DNA of 63,065 nucleotides, counting the filler. It is 6 parts of 6 records of this genome, joined end to end, with 100 filler letters (N's around TTAATTAATTAA, not from the genome) between each part and the next. Parts side by side here need not be neighbours in the genome. Positions count along the whole stretch, not along the records: positions 1 to 20,320 come from SRR2962707_2191; 5 more parts are not named here. One strand, given 5' to 3'. The translations under genes were made by a program, and so were the position numbers. Below are positions 9,182-19,067 of the stretch, one piece after another (positions within the stretch are counted from its first letter, which is position 1; each line of letters begins with the position of its first letter). The notes beneath the pieces were generated by a model. It had not been told where the DNA came from, made no database searches, and saw only the letters and a list, made by a program, of their open reading frames with translations.

Positions 9182-10324
9182 TCAGCCATCTGCCTTGAGC
9201 TTTCCGATCTCCTGCTCAAGCGCCAGATGATGCATCAGGTCTGAAAGAGAGATCACGCCCAGCAGCCGCCCACCTTGAGCAACCATGAGTTTGCGGCGCG
9301 GATGAGCCGCCAGAAGCTTGAACACCGCGTCAAGCGGTGCATCCGGTGCGACCGTCGTATCCGGTCCTTCTTGCAGCATGATCTGCGACACCCGCCGCCC
9401 CGGCCATTCCTGCCTGTCGATCGCCCGCGCCGCGGCTGTATCGACATAGCCAAGCAACCGTTCGCCCGACAGAACCGGGACAAAGCTCACACCGTAACGC
9501 AACATGACATCATCAACGAGCTCCGCAATCGAGGCGTCGGCGTCCACCGTATACACCTGCCGGCTCATCAGGCTTCCGGCGGTCTTGCCCCGCAACGCTG
9601 CCTTGACCACCAGGTTCTGATAGCTGCCATTGGATGCATTGAGGATGAAGAACCCGATCAGGATCTGCCAGAAACCGCCGATACCGCCTCCGCTGAAAAC
9701 CGCAAAAGCGCCGGTCAGCATGAGAAAAAGTCCAAACGCCGAGCCAATGCGGCTGGAAATCCGGGTGGCCCGTAAAAGATCCTGCGTCACTCCCCAGATC
9801 ACAGCCCGCAGCATCCGTCCGCCATCAAGTGGAAACGCCGGGATCAGGTTGAACACCGCCAAAACCAGATTGATCAACGCCAGATAGCCGAACACTGCTC
9901 CCGTCAGACCAATCTCGACCCCGCTTCCCGTCATGCTTGAGAGGCCATAAAACAATGCAGCCAGCGCCAGGCTCATCAACGGCCCGGCAATGGCGATGAG
10001 GAACTCGGATTTCGGGTCGTGCGGCTCTTCCTCAAGCTCCGCGACGCCGCCGAAGATGAACAACGTGATCCCGCCGACTTTCAAGCCATAAGACCGTGCG
10101 ACAACCGAGTGCGAGAGCTCGTGCAGGATAAGTGATGCGAACATGCCCAGCATCGCGATAATGCCAAGGACTGTGTAGACTCTGGCCGTCAGCCCTGGCA
10201 GCACATCAGGAAAGTACGAGGTCGACAGGCTCCAGACGATCAGCGCCGCAATCAGCAGCCAGCTCGGATCGACCTTCAGCTTGAAACCGAATATCTCGAA
10301 CAATTGAACCGCATTCTTGAACAT
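9182..10324 (-). CDS. Site-2 protease (M50B) with C-terminal CBS pair
   Basis: HELSH zinc motif, IAIAGP, FNLIPAFPLDGGR, multiple TM helices; two CBS-like repeats ending LLGVISLSDL. Confidence 0.93.
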   Translation of the reverse strand: MFKNAVQLFEIFGFKLKVDPSWLLIAALIVWSLSTSYFPDVLPGLTARVYTVLGIIAMLGMFASLILHELSHSVVARSYGLKVGGITLFIFGGVAELEEEPHDPKSEFLIAIAGPLMSLALAALFYGLSSMTGSGVEIGLTGAVFGYLALINLVLAVFNLIPAFPLDGGRMLRAVIWGVTQDLLRATRISSRIGSAFGLFLMLTGAFAVFSGGGIGGFWQILIGFFILNASNGSYQNLVVKAALRGKTAGSLMSRQVYTVDADASIAELVDDVMLRYGVSFVPVLSGERLLGYVDTAAARAIDRQEWPGRRVSQIMLQEGPDTTVAPDAPLDAVFKLLAAHPRRKLMVAQGGRLLGVISLSDLMHHLALEQEIGKLKADG

Positions 10325-10383
10325 GACATCTCCGGAGACCTGAAACAGCCATCACATGATGCAACACCTGACGGCCAACAGTA

Positions 10384-10397
10384 TTGATCGACATCAT
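10384..10397. promoter_or_regulatory. Putative FNR/FixK box
   Basis: TTGAT-cgac-ATCAT, one mismatch to TTGAT-N4-ATCAA, about 60 nt upstream of the site-2 protease start. Confidence 0.55.
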
Positions 10398-10438
10398 AGA
10401 TGTATCACGTCTCCCGAAGATGTGAGTTGCAATCCTGC

Positions 10439-11344
10439 CTATTCAAGTCTTGCAGGAAAACCGGGCGCGCGCAGATCCGTGCCCAGCGCGTCCTCGAGCA
10501 ATTTGACGATCTGCGTCGATTGCGCGTCGCCACCATAGGCCGCCTTGCCCCGCACAAAGGTTTGGTTGGTCAGTCCCGCAAGATCCATCGGCACGCCAAA
10601 CTCGCGGCCAAAATTCATCGCAAAGCCGAGATCCTTCAGCGCCAGATCCATGTTGAAGGCGACATCATAGCTGCCGTTGAGAATAAGCTGGCCTTCGGTC
10701 TCATGCACGAAGCTTGAACCGGAGCTGGCGGCAATCGCCTCCCAGGCGGTTTTCAGGTCCAACCCACCGCGCTTGGCCAGCATCAAGGCTTCCCCATCGG
10801 CGACCAGATGAATGAAGGCCAGCATATTGGTGATCACCTTGATGATCGAGGCGGAACCGAGCGGACCCATGTGAAAGATCTTGTCACCCATCGCCTCAAA
10901 CGCAGGCCTGTGCTTCTCGAACAGATCCTTCTCGCCGCCGGCAAGCACTGTGATCTTGCCCTGCGCCGCCAGATGTACGCCGCCAGTGACAGGCGCTTCC
11001 ATGGTTTCCACGCCTTTGGCCGATGCCACCGTCGCAAGCCTGAGAATGTCATCACGGCCCAGCGTGGACATCTCGATCCATGTGGTTCCGGGCTTCGCAG
11101 TGGTCAGCATTTCTGCAAGCACTTTTTCGGACACTGCGGGCGACGGCAGGCAAGTGATGATTGCGTCACAGTCGCGTGCCAGCTCCGCCGGGGTTTCAGC
11201 CCAGAGGCAGCCCTTGCCCATATCGAGATGGCTTTTGCCGAGCGCCGGATTGATATCCGTGACGGACACCGCAAAACCCTCATTCAACAGGCTCGCGGCC
11301 AGATGCCCGCCAAGATTGCCCAAGCCAATGAAACCATAGCGCAT
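10439..11344 (-). CDS. NAD(P)-dependent oxidoreductase, 3-hydroxyisobutyrate dehydrogenase family
   Basis: GFIGLGNLG Rossmann motif, TCLP, EMST, EAPVTGG, IKVITN, LALKDL. Confidence 0.9.
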   Translation of the reverse strand: MRYGFIGLGNLGGHLAASLLNEGFAVSVTDINPALGKSHLDMGKGCLWAETPAELARDCDAIITCLPSPAVSEKVLAEMLTTAKPGTTWIEMSTLGRDDILRLATVASAKGVETMEAPVTGGVHLAAQGKITVLAGGEKDLFEKHRPAFEAMGDKIFHMGPLGSASIIKVITNMLAFIHLVADGEALMLAKRGGLDLKTAWEAIAASSGSSFVHETEGQLILNGSYDVAFNMDLALKDLGFAMNFGREFGVPMDLAGLTNQTFVRGKAAYGGDAQSTQIVKLLEDALGTDLRAPGFPARLE

Positions 11345-11528
11345 GGAGATGCTCCTCGTAATACAGATGATATGCAGCTGACCTCGCCGTGACGGATCAG
11401 CGCTTTTGTTTCCAGAGACTGGCGCATTCCCCGGCAGGTCTATTCATGCTCATTGCCAAACTGCTCGTAGCAGCCCACCTCGGGCGCAATCCGCAGGCGT
11501 GCCCCTGCCAGACACCGTCCCTCAGCCC

Positions 11529-13103
11529 CTAAACATAGATGTTGAACGCCGCCCGGATCGCCGCGTCAACTTCCGGAGGAAGTTGTGGTGCCGTCGACTC
11601 TGCAAGAATGCGGTTCTTGCGCGCAATCGCCTTCTGCACCAAATCCGGTTTGCCGATTTCCGCCCATTCCTTCGGGCTGGTCCGGTCGGCGACCGCCGGG
11701 TAGACATATTCGGTCTGCATCACGCTCAAGGTCTGCGGATGGCCGAGATAATGGCCGGGGCCTTCAAGGCAGACCTCGCGCATGGCCTCGAGGCTGACAT
11801 TGTCTTCGGTGACATCGATGCCGCGCACGCAGCGTAGAACCTGCCCCAAAAGGTCATCACCCAGCACCAGAGATTCCATGCAAAAGCCGAGAAGCGAGGC
11901 ATGCATGCCGACCGATTCATAGACCATGTTGAGGCCACTCAAGCCCGCCATGGTGTTGGAGATCGCCTGCTCCCAGCCGGCCTGCATGTCAGGCAGCTTG
12001 GCATCGGCGATACCCGCGGCAGCGCCGCCAGGCAGACCGTAGAACCGGTGCATCTGGGCGCAACCTGCCGTCAGCAAGGCCTGTTCGCCCGATCCGCCCG
12101 ACATCGCGCCCGAGCGCAGATCGGAAACGAACGGCCAGGTGCCGAACACTGCCGGATGCCCCGGCGCCATGGCGTTGACATAGACCACACCTGCCAGGCA
12201 CTCGGCCACCGCCTGCACGATTGCGGTGGCCAGCGGCGCAGGTGCCGTGGCACCCGCCTGACCCGCAGACAACAACAGCACCGGCATGCCGGCGCGGATG
12301 CACTTTTCCATGGTGATGCAGCTTTCCTCGGCAAACTTCATCGGAGGAACCACAAAGCAGTTGGAATTCGACACGAACGGTCGCGCCCGCCAGTTGGCCT
12401 CGCCACCGGCGATCATGTGCAGCAGTTCGAGACAGCCTTCGAAATGCGACGGATCGGAAAAACTGGTGCCGACATGTTTGGTGGTGCCGGCGCAGCAGGC
12501 ATAGATGGTGTTGATATCCATCTCGAAATTGTCGACCACATCACGGCAGACCATGGCGCGCTGGAAGAAATGCACATTGTCGAGTGCGTGGGTGATCCGC
12601 GCTGCATCATAGAGATCTTGGGCTGTGGATTCGCGGTAGGTGCGGTTTTCCACATCAACCACATGCACCGCAGCACCCGCAGTGCCGTAGTGAACCCGTG
12701 TGCCCGAAAGGTCTAGATCATGTTTGGGATCGCGGCCAAACAGCACCAGATCCTTGTTCGCCAACGCCAGCATGTCTTCGACCAGCGCGCGCGGAAACCG
12801 GATTCGCCCGTCATCGCCCAGAATGGCGCCTGCGCCGGTGAGAATTTCAACGCCCGATGGCGGCGCCTGCGACAGTCCGATGGTTTCCAGCGCATCAAGT
12901 GCGGCTTCGTGAATGCGAAGCACATTGGCCTGTGATAGCGGCGAATATTGCCCACCGCTCATGCCTGCCCGGATCGGCCTCAGATTGTCGGCCAGCGGCG
13001 AGGTCCGGACCAGAACCCGGTTGGCCCGGCCACCAGACCGCCGGTTCAGCTTTTCAACTGGTGGAGACTCGATTGCAGTGTTGGTTTCAGGTGCGATGTC
13101 CAT
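11529..13103 (-). CDS. MttB-superfamily (trimethylamine/glycine-betaine) methyltransferase, non-pyrrolysine
   Basis: IHEAALDALETIG, AGATAPAPLA, SDLRSGAM, DAKLPDMQAGWE, GPGHYLGHPQT; no in-frame TAG. Confidence 0.92.
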   Translation of the reverse strand: MDIAPETNTAIESPPVEKLNRRSGGRANRVLVRTSPLADNLRPIRAGMSGGQYSPLSQANVLRIHEAALDALETIGLSQAPPSGVEILTGAGAILGDDGRIRFPRALVEDMLALANKDLVLFGRDPKHDLDLSGTRVHYGTAGAAVHVVDVENRTYRESTAQDLYDAARITHALDNVHFFQRAMVCRDVVDNFEMDINTIYACCAGTTKHVGTSFSDPSHFEGCLELLHMIAGGEANWRARPFVSNSNCFVVPPMKFAEESCITMEKCIRAGMPVLLLSAGQAGATAPAPLATAIVQAVAECLAGVVYVNAMAPGHPAVFGTWPFVSDLRSGAMSGGSGEQALLTAGCAQMHRFYGLPGGAAAGIADAKLPDMQAGWEQAISNTMAGLSGLNMVYESVGMHASLLGFCMESLVLGDDLLGQVLRCVRGIDVTEDNVSLEAMREVCLEGPGHYLGHPQTLSVMQTEYVYPAVADRTSPKEWAEIGKPDLVQKAIARKNRILAESTAPQLPPEVDAAIRAAFNIYV

Positions 13104-13136
13104 CTAGGTCTCCATAGGTCCGAAGCAGATTTCAAG

Positions 13137-15584
13137 TCACATCCGGACGCGGAGCGAGCCGGGGTCGTAAAGCGGTTTCAGGGACGCGACCGCAGTATGG
13201 CGTTCCCCGGCAATCTCGATTTCGTAAGTGGAAGCAAGCACCTCTTCGACGCTTTCGCCCTCGCACGGCACATAGCCGAGCCCGATGGCGCCGCCGAGAT
13301 GATGGCCGTAATTGCCCGAGGTGATGATCGAGACGATCTCGCCGTCGCGCACGATCACCTCATTGTGGAACATCAGCGGCTCGGGATCCGTGAGCTGGAA
13401 CTGCACCAGCCGGCGCGACAGGCCTTCTTCGCGTTTGCTCAGCACCGCATCGCGGCCGATGAACTCGCCCTTCTTGGTCTTCACCGCAAAGCCCAGACCG
13501 GCTTCCAGCACATGATCCTCGTCGGTGATGTCATGACCGAAATGGCGGAAACCCTTCTCGATCCGACAGGAATCTAGCGTATGCAGACCGCAAAGCTTCA
13601 GCCCGTGATCCGCGCCTGCGTCTGCCAGCGCCTCAAACACATGCGCAGTCTGATCACTCGAAACATAGATTTCCCAACCCAGCTCGCCGACATAGGTAAC
13701 GCGGTGAGCGCGCGCCAATCCCATACCGATCTCGATTTCGCGTGCCGCGCCAAACGGATGTGCCTCATTGGAAAAATCATTCGGGCTCACCGCCTGCAGC
13801 AGATTGCGGGCATTCGGGCCCATAACGCAGAGCACCGATTCACCCGCCGTCACATCGGTGATGACAACGAACTCGTCATCCAGATGCCGCCGCAGCCAGG
13901 CCAGATCGCGTTGCAGGGTAAAGCCGGGAACTATCAGCAGGAACGCTGTGTCCGACAGTCGCGTCACTGTCAGATCACACTCGATGCCGGCACGGGTGTT
14001 GAGCATCTGGGTGTAGACAATCTTGCCCGGCTCGACATTCATCTCATTGGCGCAAAGCCGTTGCATGAACGCCAACGCATCCCTGCCCTCGACCCGGATC
14101 TTGCCGAACGATGTCATGTCGAACAGGCCGACAGCTTCACGAATCGCCATGTGCTCGCGCTTCTGGTTGTCAAACCAGTTCTGCCGCTTCCAGGAATATT
14201 TGTATTCGCGTTCCTGGCCTTCATCAGCGAACCAGTTGGCCCGCTCCCAGCCGGCCATTTCGCCAAACACCGCGCCACGCGCTTTCAGCTGTTCATGGAT
14301 CGGCGAGCGGCGGATGCCGCGCGCAGTTTCCATCTGCCGGTAGGGGTAGTGATCGGCGTAAAGCAGGCCAAGCGTCTCGGTCACCCGCTCGCGCAGATAA
14401 TGCCGGTTCTTCTGGAACGGCTGTGCCCGGCGGATATCGACTTCCCACAGGTCGAACGGCGGCTCGCCGTCATTCATCCATTGCGCCAGCGCAAAGCCCG
14501 CGCCGCCGGATGAAACGATGCCGACGGAATTGTAACCGGCAGCAACCCAGTAGCCTTTGATCTCCGGCGCTTCGCCGAGATAATAGCGGTCATCGGGCGT
14601 GAAACTTTCCGGCCCGTTGAAGAAGGTGTGGATGCCGGTGGTGGCCAGCAGCGGCAGCCGGTTGACCGCCTGCTCTAGGATCGGCTCAAAGTGATCGAAA
14701 TCCTCAGGTAACTGGTCAAAGCAGAAATCCTCGGGGATTCCCTGCATGCCCCAGGCCTTGGCCTTCGGCTCAAACGCGCCCAGCAGCATCTTGCCGGCAT
14801 CTTCCTTGTAATAGGCGCACTCGTCCGGCACGCGGAGCACCGGCAGCCGCGGCAGGCCTTCGATCGCTTCGGTGACGATGTAGAAATGCTCGCAGGCATG
14901 CAGCGGCAGTGTCACACCCGATTGCGCAGCAAGATCACGGCCCCACATGCCGCCGCAATTGACCACGATGTCAGCCGCAATCGAACCGGTTTCCTCGCCC
15001 TGCTGCCAGTCGACCCCGGTCACCTGCCCGTCGGCACTGGTAATCGCCGTCACCTTGACGCCCTCGATGATGCGGGCGCCGTTCTGCCGCGCACCCTTGG
15101 CCAGCGCCATGGCGATATTGGCCGGATCGCATTGCCCGTCGAGCGGCAGATGCACCGCCGCCGTGACGTCGGAAATATTGAGATGCGGATACATTTTCAG
15201 CACCTCTTCGGGGCTGACTTCCTGCACATCGATATCGAAGGCGCGGGCCAGCGAGGCCTGCCGGTAGATCTCCTCCTTGCGCGCTTCCGTCAGCGCCACG
15301 GTGATCGATCCGCATTGCCGCATCCCGGTGGCGACACCGGTTTCTTCCTCGAGCTTGATGTAGAGGTCGGCCGAATATTTGGCGAGACGGGTCATGTTGA
15401 GCGAGGCGCGCAGCTGCCCGATCAGCCCGGCCGCATGCCAGGTGGTGCCGCAGGTCAGTTGCTTGCGTTCCAAGAGCACGATGTCGCGCCAGCCGAGCTT
15501 GGCCAGATGATAGGCCACCGAACAGCCCGACACGCCGCCGCCGACAATGACGACGCGGGCCTTGTCTGGAACCACCACGCTCAT
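13137..15584 (-). CDS. FAD-dependent GcvT-family dehydrogenase (sarcosine/dimethylglycine dehydrogenase-like)
   Basis: IVGGGVSG, GTTWHAAG, NGPESFTPD, GWERANWF, YVGELGWE, SCRIEKG. Confidence 0.93.
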   Translation of the reverse strand: MSVVVPDKARVVIVGGGVSGCSVAYHLAKLGWRDIVLLERKQLTCGTTWHAAGLIGQLRASLNMTRLAKYSADLYIKLEEETGVATGMRQCGSITVALTEARKEEIYRQASLARAFDIDVQEVSPEEVLKMYPHLNISDVTAAVHLPLDGQCDPANIAMALAKGARQNGARIIEGVKVTAITSADGQVTGVDWQQGEETGSIAADIVVNCGGMWGRDLAAQSGVTLPLHACEHFYIVTEAIEGLPRLPVLRVPDECAYYKEDAGKMLLGAFEPKAKAWGMQGIPEDFCFDQLPEDFDHFEPILEQAVNRLPLLATTGIHTFFNGPESFTPDDRYYLGEAPEIKGYWVAAGYNSVGIVSSGGAGFALAQWMNDGEPPFDLWEVDIRRAQPFQKNRHYLRERVTETLGLLYADHYPYRQMETARGIRRSPIHEQLKARGAVFGEMAGWERANWFADEGQEREYKYSWKRQNWFDNQKREHMAIREAVGLFDMTSFGKIRVEGRDALAFMQRLCANEMNVEPGKIVYTQMLNTRAGIECDLTVTRLSDTAFLLIVPGFTLQRDLAWLRRHLDDEFVVITDVTAGESVLCVMGPNARNLLQAVSPNDFSNEAHPFGAAREIEIGMGLARAHRVTYVGELGWEIYVSSDQTAHVFEALADAGADHGLKLCGLHTLDSCRIEKGFRHFGHDITDEDHVLEAGLGFAVKTKKGEFIGRDAVLSKREEGLSRRLVQFQLTDPEPLMFHNEVIVRDGEIVSIITSGNYGHHLGGAIGLGYVPCEGESVEEVLASTYEIEIAGERHTAVASLKPLYDPGSLRVRM

Positions 15585-18028
15585 GCCCGCAACCTTTCAT
15601 TCCTGGGATCCCACAAGGGTTCGTCAGGAGCTACCGTGGCGACAAAACGCTCGCCGAATATTTCGACCTCGAGCACTGTGCCGGGCTCGGCCAGATCGGC
15701 GCGGACCATGCCGAGCGCGATCGACTTGCCGATCCGGTGTCCCCAACCACCGGAAGTGGTTTCACCCACCACCTTGCCGTCATGCCAGAGCGTCGACATG
15801 TAGGGCGCATCGCAATCGCCGGCATCGACCACCAGCGTGACAAAGCGTTTAGACACGCCCCGCTGGCGTTCAGCCAACAGCGCCTGCTTGCCGATGAAGT
15901 CGGGCTTTTCAAATTTGACAAAGCGCTCGAGCCCGCCCTGCAGCATGGTGTAATCGGTCGACAGATCGCCCTTCCAGGCCCGGTAGCTCTTTTCGAGCCG
16001 CAGCGAATTGAGCGCGAACATGCCGAACGGCTTCAGACCATGCGCCTGCCCCGCCTGCATCACAGCATCGAAGATCGGCGCTGTGTCCTCAATCTTGGTG
16101 TGGATTTCCCAGCCCAGCTCACCGGCGAAGGACACCCGCACCAGCTGGCACCATGTCCCTGCAATCTGCGCCGACTGGTGGGTCAGCCATGATTTGTTCA
16201 GGTCAGCCTCGGTGACTGCCGACAGGATCTCGCGTGATCTCGGCCCGGTCAGGATCTGGCAGGCAAACGCCTCGGTCACATCCTCAATGCCAATCTCGGA
16301 CCCTGCAGGCAGATGCTTGGTCAGCCATTCGAAATCATGCCATTGCGCGGTGGCGGCCGTGATCAGGAAGAAGAAATCCTTATCCAACGCCATCAGCGAC
16401 ATTTCGGTAACGATGCGGCCCCTTTCGTCAGCGAAATAGCCCAGCCCGATCCGGCCCGGCTTTGGCGCCATGCCGGTGATCAGCGTGTTGAGCCAGTCGC
16501 GCGCACCGGGCCCCTGAACCTTGAACCGTGAAAACCCCGGAAGATCGAGGATACCGGCGGCATCGCGTACCGCCAGGCATTCTTCGCGCACAGCCTCGAA
16601 CCAGGCGCCCTCGCGCGCCCAGGTCTGGGTCGCTTCCTCGCTCACGTCATCGCCGGAACGAGCATACCAGTTGGCCCGCTCCCAGCCATTGTAGGCACCG
16701 AACTGCGCACCAAGATCCGCAATCCGGTCATGCACCGGCGAGAGTTTCTTGTTGCGCCCGGCAGGCCAGGCATGATGCGGGAAATGCATGCCATATTCAT
16801 GGCCATAGACTTCCTTGCCCTTGGCGATCGAGTAGTCCTGATCGCAAAACGCTGTGAAGCGACGCGGGTCGCAGGACCACATGTCCCACTCGGTCTCGCC
16901 ATGCATCACCCATTCGGCCAGCACCTTGCCCGCACCGCCGCCCTGGCAGATGCCGAAGGTGAAGACGCAAGCCTCGAATGCATTGGGAACACCGGGCATC
17001 GGCCCGATCAGCGGATTGCCGTCCGGCGTGTAGGGGATCGGACCATTGATGGTCTTGGTCAGCCCGGCAGTGCCCAACAGCGGCACCCGCTCGACCGCGT
17101 CGTTGATGTACCATTCCAGCCGGTCCAGATCGTCGGGGAACAGCTGGAACGAGAAGTCGCCCGGCATCGGATCATCCGGCGTTGCCCAATGCGCCCGGCA
17201 ATTGAGCTCATAGGGGCCGAGGTTGAAGCCGTTCTTTTCCTGTCTGAGATAGTAGGAGCTGTCGACGTCGCGCACCAGCGGCAGCTTCTTGCCGTTCTCC
17301 TTGCTCCAGGCTTCGACTTCCGGCACTTCGTCAAACAGCATGTATTGATGGCTCATCACCATCATCGGCATGTCGCGGCCGAACATCTTGCCGACCTCGC
17401 GGGCATAGTAGCCTGCGGCATTGACCACATATTCGCAGCGGATCTCGCCCTTTTCGGTGGATATCACCCACTCGTCGTTTTCACGGCGAACGCCGGTGGC
17501 GGGACAGAAGCGGTAGATCTTGGCGCCGAGATCGCGCGCGCCCTTGGCCAGCGCCTGGGTCAGCTGCGCCGGATCGATGTCGCCGTCATAGGGATCATAG
17601 AGCGCGCCGGTCAGATCGTGGGTTTCGGCAAACGGATAACGTGACTTGATTTCGTCCGGCGACAGAATGTCGAGATCCATGCCCTGGTAGCGGCCCATAC
17701 CGGCCACGCGCTGGAACTCGCGCAAGCGCTCTTTAGAATGCCCCAGCCGGATCGACCCGGTGACGTGATAATTCATCGGGTAATCGACTTCTTCGGCCAG
17801 CCCCCGGTAGAGCTCGGTCGAGTAGCGCTGCATGTTCATGATAGCCCAGGACGACGAGAATGTCGGCACATTGCCGGCGGCATGCCAGGTGGAACCAGCC
17901 GTCAGCTCGTTCTTTTCCAGAAGCACGCAATCGGTCCAGCCGGCCTTGGCCAAGTGGTAAAGCGCCGAGACTCCGACCACGCCCCCTCCGATGATGACCA
18001 CCCGTGCATGTCCTGCAATCTCGCCCAC
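15581..18028 (-). CDS. FAD-dependent GcvT-family dehydrogenase (dimethylglycine dehydrogenase-like)
   Basis: IIGGGVVG, GSTWHAAG, NGPIPYTPD, GWERANWY, FAGELGWE, SLRLEKS. GTG start at 18028 with GGGAG RBS; ATGA overlap with the next gene. Confidence 0.93.
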   Translation of the reverse strand: MGEIAGHARVVIIGGGVVGVSALYHLAKAGWTDCVLLEKNELTAGSTWHAAGNVPTFSSSWAIMNMQRYSTELYRGLAEEVDYPMNYHVTGSIRLGHSKERLREFQRVAGMGRYQGMDLDILSPDEIKSRYPFAETHDLTGALYDPYDGDIDPAQLTQALAKGARDLGAKIYRFCPATGVRRENDEWVISTEKGEIRCEYVVNAAGYYAREVGKMFGRDMPMMVMSHQYMLFDEVPEVEAWSKENGKKLPLVRDVDSSYYLRQEKNGFNLGPYELNCRAHWATPDDPMPGDFSFQLFPDDLDRLEWYINDAVERVPLLGTAGLTKTINGPIPYTPDGNPLIGPMPGVPNAFEACVFTFGICQGGGAGKVLAEWVMHGETEWDMWSCDPRRFTAFCDQDYSIAKGKEVYGHEYGMHFPHHAWPAGRNKKLSPVHDRIADLGAQFGAYNGWERANWYARSGDDVSEEATQTWAREGAWFEAVREECLAVRDAAGILDLPGFSRFKVQGPGARDWLNTLITGMAPKPGRIGLGYFADERGRIVTEMSLMALDKDFFFLITAATAQWHDFEWLTKHLPAGSEIGIEDVTEAFACQILTGPRSREILSAVTEADLNKSWLTHQSAQIAGTWCQLVRVSFAGELGWEIHTKIEDTAPIFDAVMQAGQAHGLKPFGMFALNSLRLEKSYRAWKGDLSTDYTMLQGGLERFVKFEKPDFIGKQALLAERQRGVSKRFVTLVVDAGDCDAPYMSTLWHDGKVVGETTSGGWGHRIGKSIALGMVRADLAEPGTVLEVEIFGERFVATVAPDEPLWDPRNERLRA

Positions 18029-18108
18029 ACGTCTCTCCCGCAACAGTTCGAATGAGGCGAGTATCAGGTGCGGTTCACGGTTGCGCTATTGTGCCGAAAA
18101 GCCTTTAT

Positions 18109-18127
18109 TAATCGGAAAATCCGATTA
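18109..18127. promoter_or_regulatory. Putative LysR operator
   Basis: Perfect inverted repeat TAATCGGA-aaa-TCCGATTA containing a T-N11-A core, between the divergent dehydrogenase operon and the LysR gene. Confidence 0.7.
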
Positions 18128-18159
18128 GGGTGCAGAGCAGCAAATTCAAAGGGTCGGTC

Positions 18160-19011
18160 ATGCAAATCGAGCATCTGGAAACTTTCCTCGACCTGATGGA
18201 AACCAACAGCTTCAACCGCACCGCCGAACGGCTGAACCTGACCCAGTCAACCGTATCCGGCCGCATCCAGGCGCTGGAAACGACGCTGGGGCGCAAACTG
18301 TTCACGCGAAGCCGCGCCGGAACCCAGCCGACGCCGGCGGGGTTCAAGCTGCTTGATCATGCCCGCACCTTGCGCCACCAATGGACCGAGGCGCGGCGGT
18401 CAGTGCAAAACACCGGCAATTTTGCCCATTCGATGCGGATCGGCATGCAACATGATCTGGCCTCCAGCCACATTGCCGACTGGGTGAGCGGGTTCAGGAA
18501 AGTCCTGCCCGATGCCGCCTTCTACATCGATCTCGATTTTTCCAACCAGATGAGCATCGACCTGCTGGCTGGCGAAATCGACCTGTCGATCATGTTCACC
18601 CCGAAGAACCTGCCCGATCTGCATTATGAACACATCGGCGAACTCGCCTACCGGATGATCAGCTCGACGGCGGTGCACCTCAACGACATCGAGCCTCAAA
18701 GCTACATCTTCACCAGCTATTCGCCGGCGTTCGAGAAGGTGCACCGCCAGATCGTCGCCAATCTGGCCGAAACGCCGCTGTCGAGCGGACAGAACATCAC
18801 GGTGTGCGGTCTTCTAATGGCTCTGGGCGGCACCGCTTACGTGCTGGAGGATTCCGCCGAGGAAATGGTGGCCTCAGGCGGGTTCGGTTTTGTCAGGGGC
18901 GCGCCGCGCATACCCCAATCGGTCTATTTCGCGGTGCATCTGCGCAACCGCCATTCGCACATCCACCGCCGCCTGCTCAACAGCGCCCGCAAGCACCTGT
19001 CGGGACAGTGA
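18160..19011 (+). CDS. LysR-family transcriptional regulator
   Basis: LETFLDLMETNSFNRTAERLNLTQSTVSGRIQALETTLGRKLFTR HTH; ATG at 18160. Confidence 0.95.
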   Translation: MQIEHLETFLDLMETNSFNRTAERLNLTQSTVSGRIQALETTLGRKLFTRSRAGTQPTPAGFKLLDHARTLRHQWTEARRSVQNTGNFAHSMRIGMQHDLASSHIADWVSGFRKVLPDAAFYIDLDFSNQMSIDLLAGEIDLSIMFTPKNLPDLHYEHIGELAYRMISSTAVHLNDIEPQSYIFTSYSPAFEKVHRQIVANLAETPLSSGQNITVCGLLMALGGTAYVLEDSAEEMVASGGFGFVRGAPRIPQSVYFAVHLRNRHSHIHRRLLNSARKHLSGQ

Positions 19012-19067
19012 CGTGCATGGCAAGGCATCCAAGCAAGCGACACCATCTGCAGCAGCTTTCCGGATGA

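Noticed and set aside
11529..13103. Pyrrolysine recoding in MttB
   Set aside because: No in-frame TAG; the equivalent region reads AAGIADAK.
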